Source: a virus (taxonomy: Duplodnaviria > Caudoviricetes). Taken from it: a stretch of DNA of 28,172 nt. The notes under the pieces were generated by a model. It did not search any database. It was not told the DNA's origin and saw only the letters and a list, made by a program, of their open reading frames with translations. Made by a program: the position numbers and the translations under genes. Below are positions 17,649 through 25,118 of the stretch, in pieces (the stretch's first letter is position 1; each line of letters starts with the position of its first letter). The DNA lies in IMG/VR virus record IMGVR_UViG_3300027706_000256, positions 1 to 28,172 of that record; one strand, written 5' to 3'.

Positions 17649-19019
17649 TCACAGGATCTTCGAGGCCAAGGTTGCCAGTTCGCTGCGCTCACCCTTGATG
17701 AGCGTGACGTGGCCGGCGATGGGGTGCTCCTTGAACCGTTCGACAGCGTAGGTGAGACCGTTGGTGAAGACATCGACATGAACGTTGTCGATCTGTTCGA
17801 TGTCTCCCGTCAGGATGATCTTGGTGCCGTCTCCCACACGAGTGATGATTGTCTTCAGTTCGTGCATCGACAGGTTCTGCGCTTCATCAATGATGATGAA
17901 AGCGTTCGGGATCGACCTGCCGCGGATGAAGGTGATCGCCTCGATCTCGATGAGACCACGTTCCTGCATCAGCTTGAGGTACAGGTTGTCGTCGAACGCC
18001 TGTTTGTCGCTGCCACCGCGACGGGGGCGCTTCGGCCGGTTGCGCTTGGTGTCCATCAAGAAGTTGAGGTTGTCACGGATCGGTGCGATCCATGGTTCCA
18101 TCTTCTCTTCGAGCGTGCCCGGCAAGAAACCGATGTCCTTGCCGACGGGTTGGACTGGGCGAGTGACGATCAACTTGTCGTACTTCGCTTTCGAGTCGGG
18201 GCCCACCGTCTTCAGCTGCTCGAGACCCGCGGCGATCGCGAGCAAGGTCTTGCCCGTACCCGAGGGTCCGACCAGCGTCAGCAGCTTGATCTTCTCATCG
18301 AAGAGCAGGTCAAGCGAAAACTGTTGCTCCTTGTTCCGAGGCGTCAGCCCGAACGCTTGCTCGATCTTGGTGACCGGAACCAGCGGCTTCGCTGGATCGA
18401 TGCACTTGGCCAGGGCGCTCTTGGTCGTGTGCCCGTCCTTCGTGCTCTTGATGACCACGATCTGGTTCGGGTACAGCTGGTGGGTGCCGGGCAGGTCGAG
18501 CTCTCCGTGCTTGTAGAAGTAGTCAACCAGCTCTTCTTCGAGCTCGATGACGTCGACTCCCCTGTAGAACTTCTGCGGGCTGTCGGCCACCCGCATCTTT
18601 TTGTAGTCCTCACACTTGACGCCGATGCTGTCGCACTTGATCCTGACGTTGATGTCCTTCGACACCAAGATCGAACCGTCAAGGTACTTGGCGTAGGCGA
18701 TGATCATGTTGTCGGGCTTGTCGGGTTCAAGCCCGGGCAAGGGGACGTCCTTGATGGCGTCCATCCGGCCCACCTTCAGGATGCCGCCCTCATTGAGTTT
18801 GACTCCTTGGTACAAGCCACCACGTTCCCTCAGGTTGTCGAGAGACCGGGTGACCTGGCGGGCGTTGCGTCCCACCTCGTCGGGTCGGCTCTTGTGGCGA
18901 TCCAACTCTTCCAGGACAATCATCGGGATGACGACGTCGTTCTCCTCAAATGAGAAGATGGCGTTGGGGTCGCTGAGCAGGACGTTGGTGTCGAGGACGT
19001 ACGTCTTCTTTTGGCTCAC
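17649..19019 (-). CDS. phoH: PIN-PhoH protein (PhoH2/YlaK type: PIN ribonuclease domain plus PhoH ATPase)
   Basis: PIN motifs YVLDTNVLL, VLEELD, DNMII and SKDINVRIK; Walker A GPSGTGKT; IGFLPG; RGRS; IIDEAQN; GDIEQID. Likely GTG start at 19019 with AAGGA RBS. Confidence 0.93.
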   Translation of the reverse strand: MSQKKTYVLDTNVLLSDPNAIFSFEENDVVIPMIVLEELDRHKSRPDEVGRNARQVTRSLDNLRERGGLYQGVKLNEGGILKVGRMDAIKDVPLPGLEPDKPDNMIIAYAKYLDGSILVSKDINVRIKCDSIGVKCEDYKKMRVADSPQKFYRGVDVIELEEELVDYFYKHGELDLPGTHQLYPNQIVVIKSTKDGHTTKSALAKCIDPAKPLVPVTKIEQAFGLTPRNKEQQFSLDLLFDEKIKLLTLVGPSGTGKTLLAIAAGLEQLKTVGPDSKAKYDKLIVTRPVQPVGKDIGFLPGTLEEKMEPWIAPIRDNLNFLMDTKRNRPKRPRRGGSDKQAFDDNLYLKLMQERGLIEIEAITFIRGRSIPNAFIIIDEAQNLSMHELKTIITRVGDGTKIILTGDIEQIDNVHVDVFTNGLTYAVERFKEHPIAGHVTLIKGERSELATLASKIL

Positions 19020-19081
19020 TTGGTTTCCTTTTGCGTTTGATGTCGGGCTGTTAGGGTCCACTTTTCGTTCCCATTGATCTC

Positions 19082-19111
19082 TTGTACACAGTAAGCACCG
19101 ACCGTTACATT
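19082..19111 (+). promoter_or_regulatory. sigma70-like promoter TTGTAC-N18-TACATT
   Basis: Lies in the divergent intergenic gap upstream of 19133; same layout as the element upstream of the helicase. Confidence 0.5.
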
Positions 19112-19132
19112 CTACTCATCTGGTGCCACTCA

Positions 19133-19420
19133 ATGCAAGAAGCCAAGAAACGTCTCAAAGTCGTCCAGCCCGGTGACACGGGCAACCGTGTCGTTGATGG
19201 AACGACATGTTTCGCGGTACAAGCCAAGGCAGGAGTGGACTGCCAGCGGAAGCGATGCCCGCACTGGATCCAGTTCAAAGAGGGTCACAACTGCGTCCAC
19301 ATCGCTGCTCAAAACGGGCCACACACCCTGCAACGCATCGGGCAGATCTACGGCCTGACCCGGATGCGGATCTGCCAGATCGAGAAGGCAATCTTCGAGA
19401 AGATCAGGAAGGTCAGCTAG
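19133..19420 (+). CDS. small Cys4 (putative Zn-binding) plus sigma70 region-4 HTH protein (95 aa)
   Basis: C-x10-C-x4-C-x11-C followed by HTLQRIGQIYGLTRMRICQIEKAIFEKIR, which matches region 4.2 (TLxEIGxxFGLTRERIRQIExKALxKLR). No regions 2 or 3. Confidence 0.8.
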   Translation: MQEAKKRLKVVQPGDTGNRVVDGTTCFAVQAKAGVDCQRKRCPHWIQFKEGHNCVHIAAQNGPHTLQRIGQIYGLTRMRICQIEKAIFEKIRKVS

Positions 19421-19805
19421 CCGGCTTCTCTTCAGCGGGCTTCTCCTCAGCCTTTACTTCGGCCTTCACCTCGACGGGCTTCGCCTCTTCGACCGGCTTC
19501 ACGACTTCGGCTGCTTTCACCGGTTCAGGTGCGGGGACAGGAGCCGCAGCAGCGAGCTTCGACCGCTTGACGACCACGACTTCCTCGTCCTTCTTCTCGG
19601 CTTCCTTCGGGAGCTGCTTGAGAGCGTTCTGGACGGGCTCCGCGGGCAATGTCCGCTGGTTGATGTGCATGCCAGCGTGCTTCGCACCTGTCTTGATCTT
19701 CGACGGCGGGACCAAGTGGCCACCCTTGTCGGTGATGGTGTGAGCGTAGGCCGGGTCGAGGCCCAAGTCATGGATGTCTGCAAGGACTGCGCGGGGTGCG
19801 GGCAT
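19413..19805 (-). CDS. hypothetical 130 aa protein with a low-complexity Ala/Glu/Lys/Pro tail
   Basis: ATG 19805 with GGAG RBS. C-terminal EVKA and EEKPA repeats. Its stop overlaps the stop of the convergent gene. Confidence 0.75.
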   Translation of the reverse strand: MPAPRAVLADIHDLGLDPAYAHTITDKGGHLVPPSKIKTGAKHAGMHINQRTLPAEPVQNALKQLPKEAEKKDEEVVVVKRSKLAAAAPVPAPEPVKAAEVVKPVEEAKPVEVKAEVKAEEKPAEEKPAS

Positions 19806-19820
19806 GTTGTCTCCGACCCG

Positions 19821-19826
19821 TAAATA
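19821..19826 (-). promoter_or_regulatory. putative late-promoter motif TATTTA
   Basis: AT-rich hexamer 15 nt upstream of ATG 19805 and just downstream of a terminator; the TANTTA motif recurs elsewhere. Confidence 0.45.
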
Positions 19827-19833
19827 GGCCGCC

Positions 19834-19868
19834 AGAGACGACGAAGCCCCAGCGTTCACGGCCGGGGC
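19834..19868 (-). terminator. intrinsic terminator-like hairpin downstream of the Hc1-like gene
   Basis: GCCCCGGC-CGTGAAC-GCTGGGGC followed by TTCGTCGTCTCT; the U-tract is weak. Confidence 0.6.
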
Positions 19869-19898
19869 CTGCCACTCCACACACGTTGAGAGAAGGAA

Positions 19899-20147
19899 TC
19901 AGGACGCTGCGGGAGCTGCAGGCGCCTTCTTCTCCTTCTTCGGCTTGGTCGCCTTTGCTGCCTTGTCGGTCTCGACGGTCATCTTGACGAGGGTGGCCGC
20001 GAGGCCCTTCAGCTCTCGGAGACCCTTGCGGGCACGGACTCCCGCCGCCGCAGTTCCGCGGGCGTTCTTGACAACGTCGAGCTCGAGATCTTCGACGAGC
20101 TTCTTCAGCTCCGTCCACTTCTCGAGTACGGGATTGGTGCCTTCCAT
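19899..20147 (-). CDS. histone H1-like protein, Hc1 family (82 aa)
   Basis: The core KNARGTAAAGVRARKGLRELK matches the Hc1 GNKAAxxRxR helix, followed by a Lys/Ala/Pro tail. ATG 20147 with GGAGG RBS. Confidence 0.75.
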   Translation of the reverse strand: MEGTNPVLEKWTELKKLVEDLELDVVKNARGTAAAGVRARKGLRELKGLAATLVKMTVETDKAAKATKPKKEKKAPAAPAAS

Positions 20148-20166
20148 TGGTAGTGTCCTCCAGCCA

Positions 20167-20197
20167 TAAGTATACGGCTTGTCGCGCAGCCGTAAAA
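20167..20197 (-). promoter_or_regulatory. sigma70-like promoter TTTTAC-N17-TATACT overlapping a TACTTA motif
   Basis: Intergenic, upstream of the Hc1-like gene. Confidence 0.5.
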
Positions 20198-20226
20198 CAA
20201 ATGGCAACCTCGCGAGCGCGAGCGCT

Positions 20227-21903
20227 CTACTGAAGCGCGGAGGAAAACTCTGCAGGAAACATGTGAGCGTTGGTCCGGTAGAACCGCTCCCAGTCGCTGT
20301 CCAGGATGTAAGACGTAGCGTGGTCAGTATCGTTACGGATGGACCGCCCGAAGGCCTGGATGACCGCTCGTGCCGTCATCATCGAGTACCAGGTGTTGCT
20401 CCTGGCCTTCCGGAGCTGGATGACCCGGTCGCCCAGGTAGGGAAACGGGACTTTACACAGGATCTGGAAACGGCTCGCTTCGTCGGCGAGGTCGACGCCC
20501 TCCATCATCGATGGGCTGATGAGCACCGTGGGCTCCTTGCTCGTCAGGTGCTTCTCGATCGTTTCGTCGCGGTTCTCACTGTTGTGGATCAACAGCCGCT
20601 TGTCCTTCAGCTTCTCGACGAGGTACTGGGCGATCTTGTAGTTGACGCAGTGGATGATGCCCTTCTCGTTCGAGTGGAGGTCCAGGAGGCTCCTCACCGT
20701 CTCTGTCAACTTGGGCAACGTCGAGTCGATGAAGTTCATCGACATGCTGCCCACGCCGAGGTAGTGGATGGGACGGTTCTCGAGCGGGAACGGCGACGGC
20801 AAACACAGGTATGCCGCATCGTTTGGGTCGACGCCGACTGACCTGCAGAAGGTGTCCTTGTCGACGACCGTCGCCGACATCATGACGACACGGCTGCCGT
20901 AACGGTACAAGTGGCTGCTGCCGAACGACGAAACATCGACGGGCTTGAACTCGAACTTCCGGCCAGCGCGCGTGCCCTCGGGGGCCTTGACGAAGTTCAG
21001 GACCCAGTTGTCAGGAGAGTAGGACTCGATGAAGCGGTTGACCTTGCAGATGTGCTTGTCCAGCATCTCGTACCGCTTGGACATCTCGCTGAGGCCGACC
21101 GTTCCTTTGCCAGTGAAGTGCTCAGCGAGCTTTTTCTCGAGGCCCTTCATCGTCTTGCTGACGGCATTCTTGTACGGCCCCTTGACCCAATCGAACACGC
21201 GTTCAGGCGTGTCGAGCTTGGGTACCTTGCAGTCCAGGGCCTTGGCGAACTTCTCCGAGAAAGTGACCTCGACGAACTTGCCCAGTTCACTCTCGATGTT
21301 GTGACACTCATCGATGACCAACAGCGACCGTGGCACCAGCTGCTTGGCGTACATCGTCTCAGCGAGGAAGTACGAGAAGTTGGTGATGCCGATCGGGTGT
21401 TCGCAGAACTCCGACTTGTCGATCATGTACGGGCACGAACCGCGGCAGCACTTGTGAAAATCGGTGCCGTGCAGCTGCTCGCCCAGCTGCTTGAGCAGGC
21501 GACGCGATTCGGCACAGGATTGGTCGCTGTAGAAACGACAGTCGTAGTTGCTGGCTGACTTGAGCGACCGCAGCAGGTTCCGGCCACTGGACGGACCGAA
21601 GTCCTTCATGTACTGGTCCTGAAGGATCTTCTGGGTCGTCAGGACGTAGGCTCCCGTCGTCTCCCCGTCCGCGATGTCTTCCATGCCCTCGAGGGGTGGA
21701 ACGACCGTTGTCCCGCCGTGTTCAGCGAGGACGCGTGCCAGGGTGATGCCGATAGCGCTCTTGCCACAGCCGGTCCCCAGCTCAAGGATGACGAACCTCT
21801 TTCCCTGGTTCAAGAAGGCGTCGAGAGCAAACTCGATCGCTTGCTCCTGCTCGACACGGACCTTCGAGAACGGGAAGTACGGGCGGTAGTCGGGCAACGA
21901 CAT
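20227..21903 (-). CDS. DinG/XPD-family (SF2) Fe-S helicase (558 aa)
   Basis: Q motif RVEQ; Walker A GTGCGKS; Cys cluster (YDC...SCAE...CCRGSCPY); DECH; MSAT; EGVDL; KVPFPYL; QAFGRSIR; LDS. Confidence 0.92.
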   Translation of the reverse strand: MSLPDYRPYFPFSKVRVEQEQAIEFALDAFLNQGKRFVILELGTGCGKSAIGITLARVLAEHGGTTVVPPLEGMEDIADGETTGAYVLTTQKILQDQYMKDFGPSSGRNLLRSLKSASNYDCRFYSDQSCAESRRLLKQLGEQLHGTDFHKCCRGSCPYMIDKSEFCEHPIGITNFSYFLAETMYAKQLVPRSLLVIDECHNIESELGKFVEVTFSEKFAKALDCKVPKLDTPERVFDWVKGPYKNAVSKTMKGLEKKLAEHFTGKGTVGLSEMSKRYEMLDKHICKVNRFIESYSPDNWVLNFVKAPEGTRAGRKFEFKPVDVSSFGSSHLYRYGSRVVMMSATVVDKDTFCRSVGVDPNDAAYLCLPSPFPLENRPIHYLGVGSMSMNFIDSTLPKLTETVRSLLDLHSNEKGIIHCVNYKIAQYLVEKLKDKRLLIHNSENRDETIEKHLTSKEPTVLISPSMMEGVDLADEASRFQILCKVPFPYLGDRVIQLRKARSNTWYSMMTARAVIQAFGRSIRNDTDHATSYILDSDWERFYRTNAHMFPAEFSSALQ

Positions 21904-21911
21904 GTCGCCAC

Positions 21912-21941
21912 ACTGTAACCCACGTCGGGACGTTTCTACAA
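21912..21941 (-). promoter_or_regulatory. sigma70-like promoter TTGTAG-N18-TACAGT, giving a near-leaderless mRNA
   Basis: The -10 element ends 8 nt before the helicase ATG and no Shine-Dalgarno is present. Confidence 0.5.
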
Positions 21942-21942
21942 C

Positions 21943-22551
21943 TCAGGCGCCGATCACGCGGTCGACGATGCCGAGCTTGATGGCTTCCTGCGGCGTCAGG
22001 TAGTAATCGAGCATCGGACGCATGAAGTCCTTCTCGACCTGGACCTTCGTCATCTTGGTCTCTTTCACCAGGGCGTTGACCATCAGCTCCTGGAGGCGCT
22101 TGGCTTCGTTCGTCGCGTTCTCGAGCTCAAAAACGTTGCCGATGACTCCACCCGAGATGGGGTGGATCATGATGCGCGCGGAGGCACCCATCAGGCGCTT
22201 GCCCTTGACACCGGACGCCAGCAGGAGCACGCCGGCGCTCATCACCTTGCCCAGGCCGACGGTGTGGACGGGACACGGCAGGAACTTGATGATGTCATAG
22301 AGGCTGAACATCTCGTCGACGCTGCCACCGTACGTCGACACCACCAGGTAGATCGGGTTCCGGTTCAGGTTGGCCAGGTGCAGCAGCTGGGCGATCACGT
22401 TGGCAATCGAGTGTTCGCTGACCTCGCTGTGGAGGTAGACAATGCGTGTGTTGTCGACCTGCGAGGCCAGGACCCGTTGCAGCTGGTCGAGCTGGTCCTC
22501 CTCATCAGCAGTGATGTGTTGGTGCCGCCCCTCAAGCGTCTGTCGACCCAT
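21943..22551 (-). CDS. clpP: ClpP-family serine protease (S14), 202 aa
   Basis: RIVYL, STYGGSV, GKVMSAG (Ser), IMIHP (His), DYYLTPQEAIKLGIVD (Asp). ATG 22551 with GGAGG RBS. Confidence 0.92.
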   Translation of the reverse strand: MGRQTLEGRHQHITADEEDQLDQLQRVLASQVDNTRIVYLHSEVSEHSIANVIAQLLHLANLNRNPIYLVVSTYGGSVDEMFSLYDIIKFLPCPVHTVGLGKVMSAGVLLLASGVKGKRLMGASARIMIHPISGGVIGNVFELENATNEAKRLQELMVNALVKETKMTKVQVEKDFMRPMLDYYLTPQEAIKLGIVDRVIGA

Positions 22552-22786
22552 CTGGACCTCCGATGACGAACAAATCTTCGCCACCCAACTCACGAACGAG
22601 TTTGGTGACTGCTTTCATGTGTTCTACGTTCTCGAGCTCTGAACCCAGCAAGTAGATGAGCAGCAACGTCTGGCGCTGGGTCAGACCACCTTGAAGGTTG
22701 ATCTCTCTGACGATCTGCCGGCAGTGCTCGTTCTCTTCGGCACGTTTCTCCGACTGCATCTGCCCGTAGTGGACTGCACCCGTCAC
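22532..22786 (-). CDS. hypothetical 84 aa helical protein
   Basis: GTGA coupling to the upstream gene; overlaps the clpP start by 20 nt; GAGGTG upstream. Confidence 0.75.
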   Translation of the reverse strand: MTGAVHYGQMQSEKRAEENEHCRQIVREINLQGGLTQRQTLLLIYLLGSELENVEHMKAVTKLVRELGGEDLFVIGGPDGSTDA

Positions 22787-23253
22787 TTGGTCACCTCTTC
22801 TTCGCGTTCAAAGCCACCGACATCAAACATGTTGTCTCCGAGGATGCGGAGGTACTTCCCGCTCCGGGTCCCAGCGTCAGTGTCTGACGCCAGCACGACG
22901 AACTCTCCCCAGCGTTTGTTGTCGTAGATGTACTTCGCCAGCTCCCACGTCGGCAAGTCACAGTCGTTGGCATCCAGGATGTCAGCAAGGCGCGACGGGA
23001 GCGTCGGCCTGATGTCTTCGACCTTGAGGATCGATGACATCGACTCTTTGCCGCTGATGATCTCTGACCGGTTGATCTCGACAACGCGGTGGATGATGCC
23101 GCAGTTGTTGCACTGGGCGTACCTGGGAACGACCCTGTCGTCATCACCGAGGACTGAGAAGACCGTGAACTGGTGCAACGGCGGGTTTGGGTGCCGCTTG
23201 AACTGCAACAGCGTGCAGCGACACGTCACCAGGTGTTTGATGCCCATCGCCAT
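22783..23253 (-). CDS. hypothetical 156 aa protein with a putative Zn ribbon (CxC...CxxCxxxH)
   Basis: HLVTCRC and AQCNNCGIIH motifs; GGAGGTGA RBS. Confidence 0.8.
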   Translation of the reverse strand: MAMGIKHLVTCRCTLLQFKRHPNPPLHQFTVFSVLGDDDRVVPRYAQCNNCGIIHRVVEINRSEIISGKESMSSILKVEDIRPTLPSRLADILDANDCDLPTWELAKYIYDNKRWGEFVVLASDTDAGTRSGKYLRILGDNMFDVGGFEREEEVTK

Positions 23254-23298
23254 CAGGTCACCTCCACAGGACGTTCCAGGCCGCCGCCAGACGTGCTC

Positions 23299-23589
23299 TC
23301 AGGGGCGGCCTGCGTTTTTTTTCGCAGCGGCCTGTTCGCGAGCGAGTGCCTCGGGAGACGCAACGATTGCCGCATCAACCACCTTGCCGAACGACCGGGA
23401 ACCCTTGTGGTACCCTTCCTCGATCGAGGCCGCGATGAGGGCCATCAACTTGGGCACCTCCCTGGCGTCGATCGCAAGCTGCCCAGTCCGCAGCGCCTGT
23501 GTCACGTTGGCCGACGCAGCGTCCTTCATGACCTCCATCAACGTCCAGGAGGCTTTGTTCAGCATGTCGCGAGGGTTCTTCTCTCCCAT
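23299..23589 (-). CDS. hypothetical 96 aa protein, with a possible -1 frameshift extension to a stop at 23258
   Basis: AGGAGGT RBS. An A8 run (A AAA AAC) near the 3' end is followed by a GC-rich stem-loop. Confidence 0.8.
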   Translation of the reverse strand: MGEKNPRDMLNKASWTLMEVMKDAASANVTQALRTGQLAIDAREVPKLMALIAASIEEGYHKGSRSFGKVVDAAIVASPEALAREQAAAKKNAGRP

Positions 23590-23604
23590 GGTGCACCTCC
23601 TGAG

Positions 23605-23633
23605 ATTGTAGCCGCCTACTTAGAGCCAGTAAA
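23605..23633 (-). promoter_or_regulatory. sigma70-like promoter TTTACT-N17-TACAAT for the clpP operon
   Basis: Near-consensus -10 element with a 17 bp spacer in the divergent gap. Confidence 0.6.
23617..23622 (+). promoter_or_regulatory. putative late-promoter motif TACTTA
   Basis: 29 nt upstream of ATG 23652; same motif class as 19821, 20167 and 26898. Confidence 0.45.
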
Positions 23634-23651
23634 CCCGCGGAGGGGATCTCG

Positions 23652-25118
23652 ATGGCACCATCGCTCAAAGAACGGTACGACCGACGCCTACAGCAATCGC
23701 TCCAGGAACGCGCAAGGGCAGCTGACGCACAGCTGCTGGCTGAACAGAAGACTGTTCAGCTCCTCCTCGAAGCGATGAACGAAGAAGACCTGCAGAAAGT
23801 CGGTGCGATCGTCCAGAAGCTCAACACCATCAAGTCGCCCGAGCTCCCGGCGCTGTCGGCAGCGATCGACCAGGCACAGGCTGAGCTCAACAAGTACACG
23901 GGAGGTGGCCCCATCACTGCGGCCTGGACGAAGTTGAAGAGCCTCGTCGGCGTCGACAACCCGGTTGTCAAGATCACGACGTTCGCTGATGCCCTCGAGC
24001 GTGGGTTCTCCCAGATCCCACAGATCCTGAAGAACAACGGTGTCGACCTGTCGAAGGCTGACCTGAACAAGAGCCTCGCCAGCACGTTGCAGACCCAATT
24101 CACGGGTGCCAACGGTGGCGAGGGCGGCATGAAGTCCGACGTCACGGGCACCGCAGGCAACAAGGAAAAGACCGACATCCCCAAGCCCGCACCGGCGACG
24201 GGTGCAAAGAGCGACACGCAGCTCGCCAACACCAGCTTCGGTGGAAAAGGTGACGAAGACAAGCTCGACATCCCAGGCCCAGAAGCAAAAGCACCGACGC
24301 CTGCCAGGACGCCACCTGAACCGAAGCACAACGGTGGACAGGACCAGCCACCCAAGCGGCCCGGCATCGCGCCAAGGCCCCCGCAGAAGGGCAGCAAGGC
24401 CAGCGAACCGACCGACAAAGAGAAAGAGCGTGCTGCGTTCTCTCCGAGCCAACGGGACTGGTTCAAGAAGGGCCAAGCTGAGGGACAGGAGCTCGACGAA
24501 GCCAAGCCGCCGAAGGGCGTCTCTGGCGAGGAGAAGCTGAAGAACATCGCGGCCCAGCTCCGGAAGGCACTGGCACCGGGTGGCCTCTTCGGCGCGTTCA
24601 AGCAGGTCCCCTACATCAATGGCGACGTCCTGACCAAGGAGCTGTTGCAGGCTCCCCTCAAGGTGTTCTCCAACGTTGTCAAGCGCGTCCAGGCTGGAGC
24701 AAAAGCCGCTGAGATCGCACCCGACATGAAGGGCCAGATCCAGGGCCAGGGCGGCGACCAGACGAAGGGAGCCAACACTGCCGAACCCGCCCAACAGACG
24801 GGCCAGACGCAACCTCCCCAGCCGGGAAAGCCGACGACAGCGACGACGGGCACCACCGGCACCGGCGAGCAGACGCCCGTCGGACCGGGACAGGCACGCG
24901 GTGGAGGGGCTGAGGTCAAGAACCAGAAGCCACGGTCCGGGGCCCAAGCGCAGAACTTCCGCGCGGGGCTCGACAGGATCTACAAGGGCGCTGGCATCCG
25001 CCCCGAGGATGGCCAAAAGGTGTTGAAGTACCTCATCAACAACAACCTCATCGATCGTTCAGCGATCGAGACGCACGGCACCTCGGGCGGGACGATCGGC
25101 AAGCCGAACGCCGCCTAG
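23652..25118 (+). CDS. 488 aa hypothetical protein, possible internal head protein with disordered Pro/Gly/Lys/Thr/Gln regions
   Basis: GGAGGGG RBS. Clustered LxE motifs (SLKE, SLQE, LLAE, LLLE, ELDE) resemble T4-type prohead protease sites; this is inference. Confidence 0.75.
   Translation: MAPSLKERYDRRLQQSLQERARAADAQLLAEQKTVQLLLEAMNEEDLQKVGAIVQKLNTIKSPELPALSAAIDQAQAELNKYTGGGPITAAWTKLKSLVGVDNPVVKITTFADALERGFSQIPQILKNNGVDLSKADLNKSLASTLQTQFTGANGGEGGMKSDVTGTAGNKEKTDIPKPAPATGAKSDTQLANTSFGGKGDEDKLDIPGPEAKAPTPARTPPEPKHNGGQDQPPKRPGIAPRPPQKGSKASEPTDKEKERAAFSPSQRDWFKKGQAEGQELDEAKPPKGVSGEEKLKNIAAQLRKALAPGGLFGAFKQVPYINGDVLTKELLQAPLKVFSNVVKRVQAGAKAAEIAPDMKGQIQGQGGDQTKGANTAEPAQQTGQTQPPQPGKPTTATTGTTGTGEQTPVGPGQARGGGAEVKNQKPRSGAQAQNFRAGLDRIYKGAGIRPEDGQKVLKYLINNNLIDRSAIETHGTSGGTIGKPNAA

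Noticed and set aside
17466-18953. Long plus-strand ORF (495 aa), and similar antisense ORFs at 23688..25016, 25484..26731, 4970..5830 and 27312..28055
   Set aside because: These are shadows of real genes on the opposite strand, expected with GC-biased codon usage. They have no motifs or RBS support.
19416-19560. Short tandem repeats (EEKPA, EVKA)
   Set aside because: Ordinary low-complexity coding tail with no sign of a separate function.
23254-23301. In-frame readthrough of the TGA at 23299 fusing the 96 aa and 156 aa ORFs (the gap is 15 open codons)
   Set aside because: The downstream gene has its own strong RBS and TGA is the standard stop throughout. The -1 frame explanation fits the gap better, though readthrough is not excluded.
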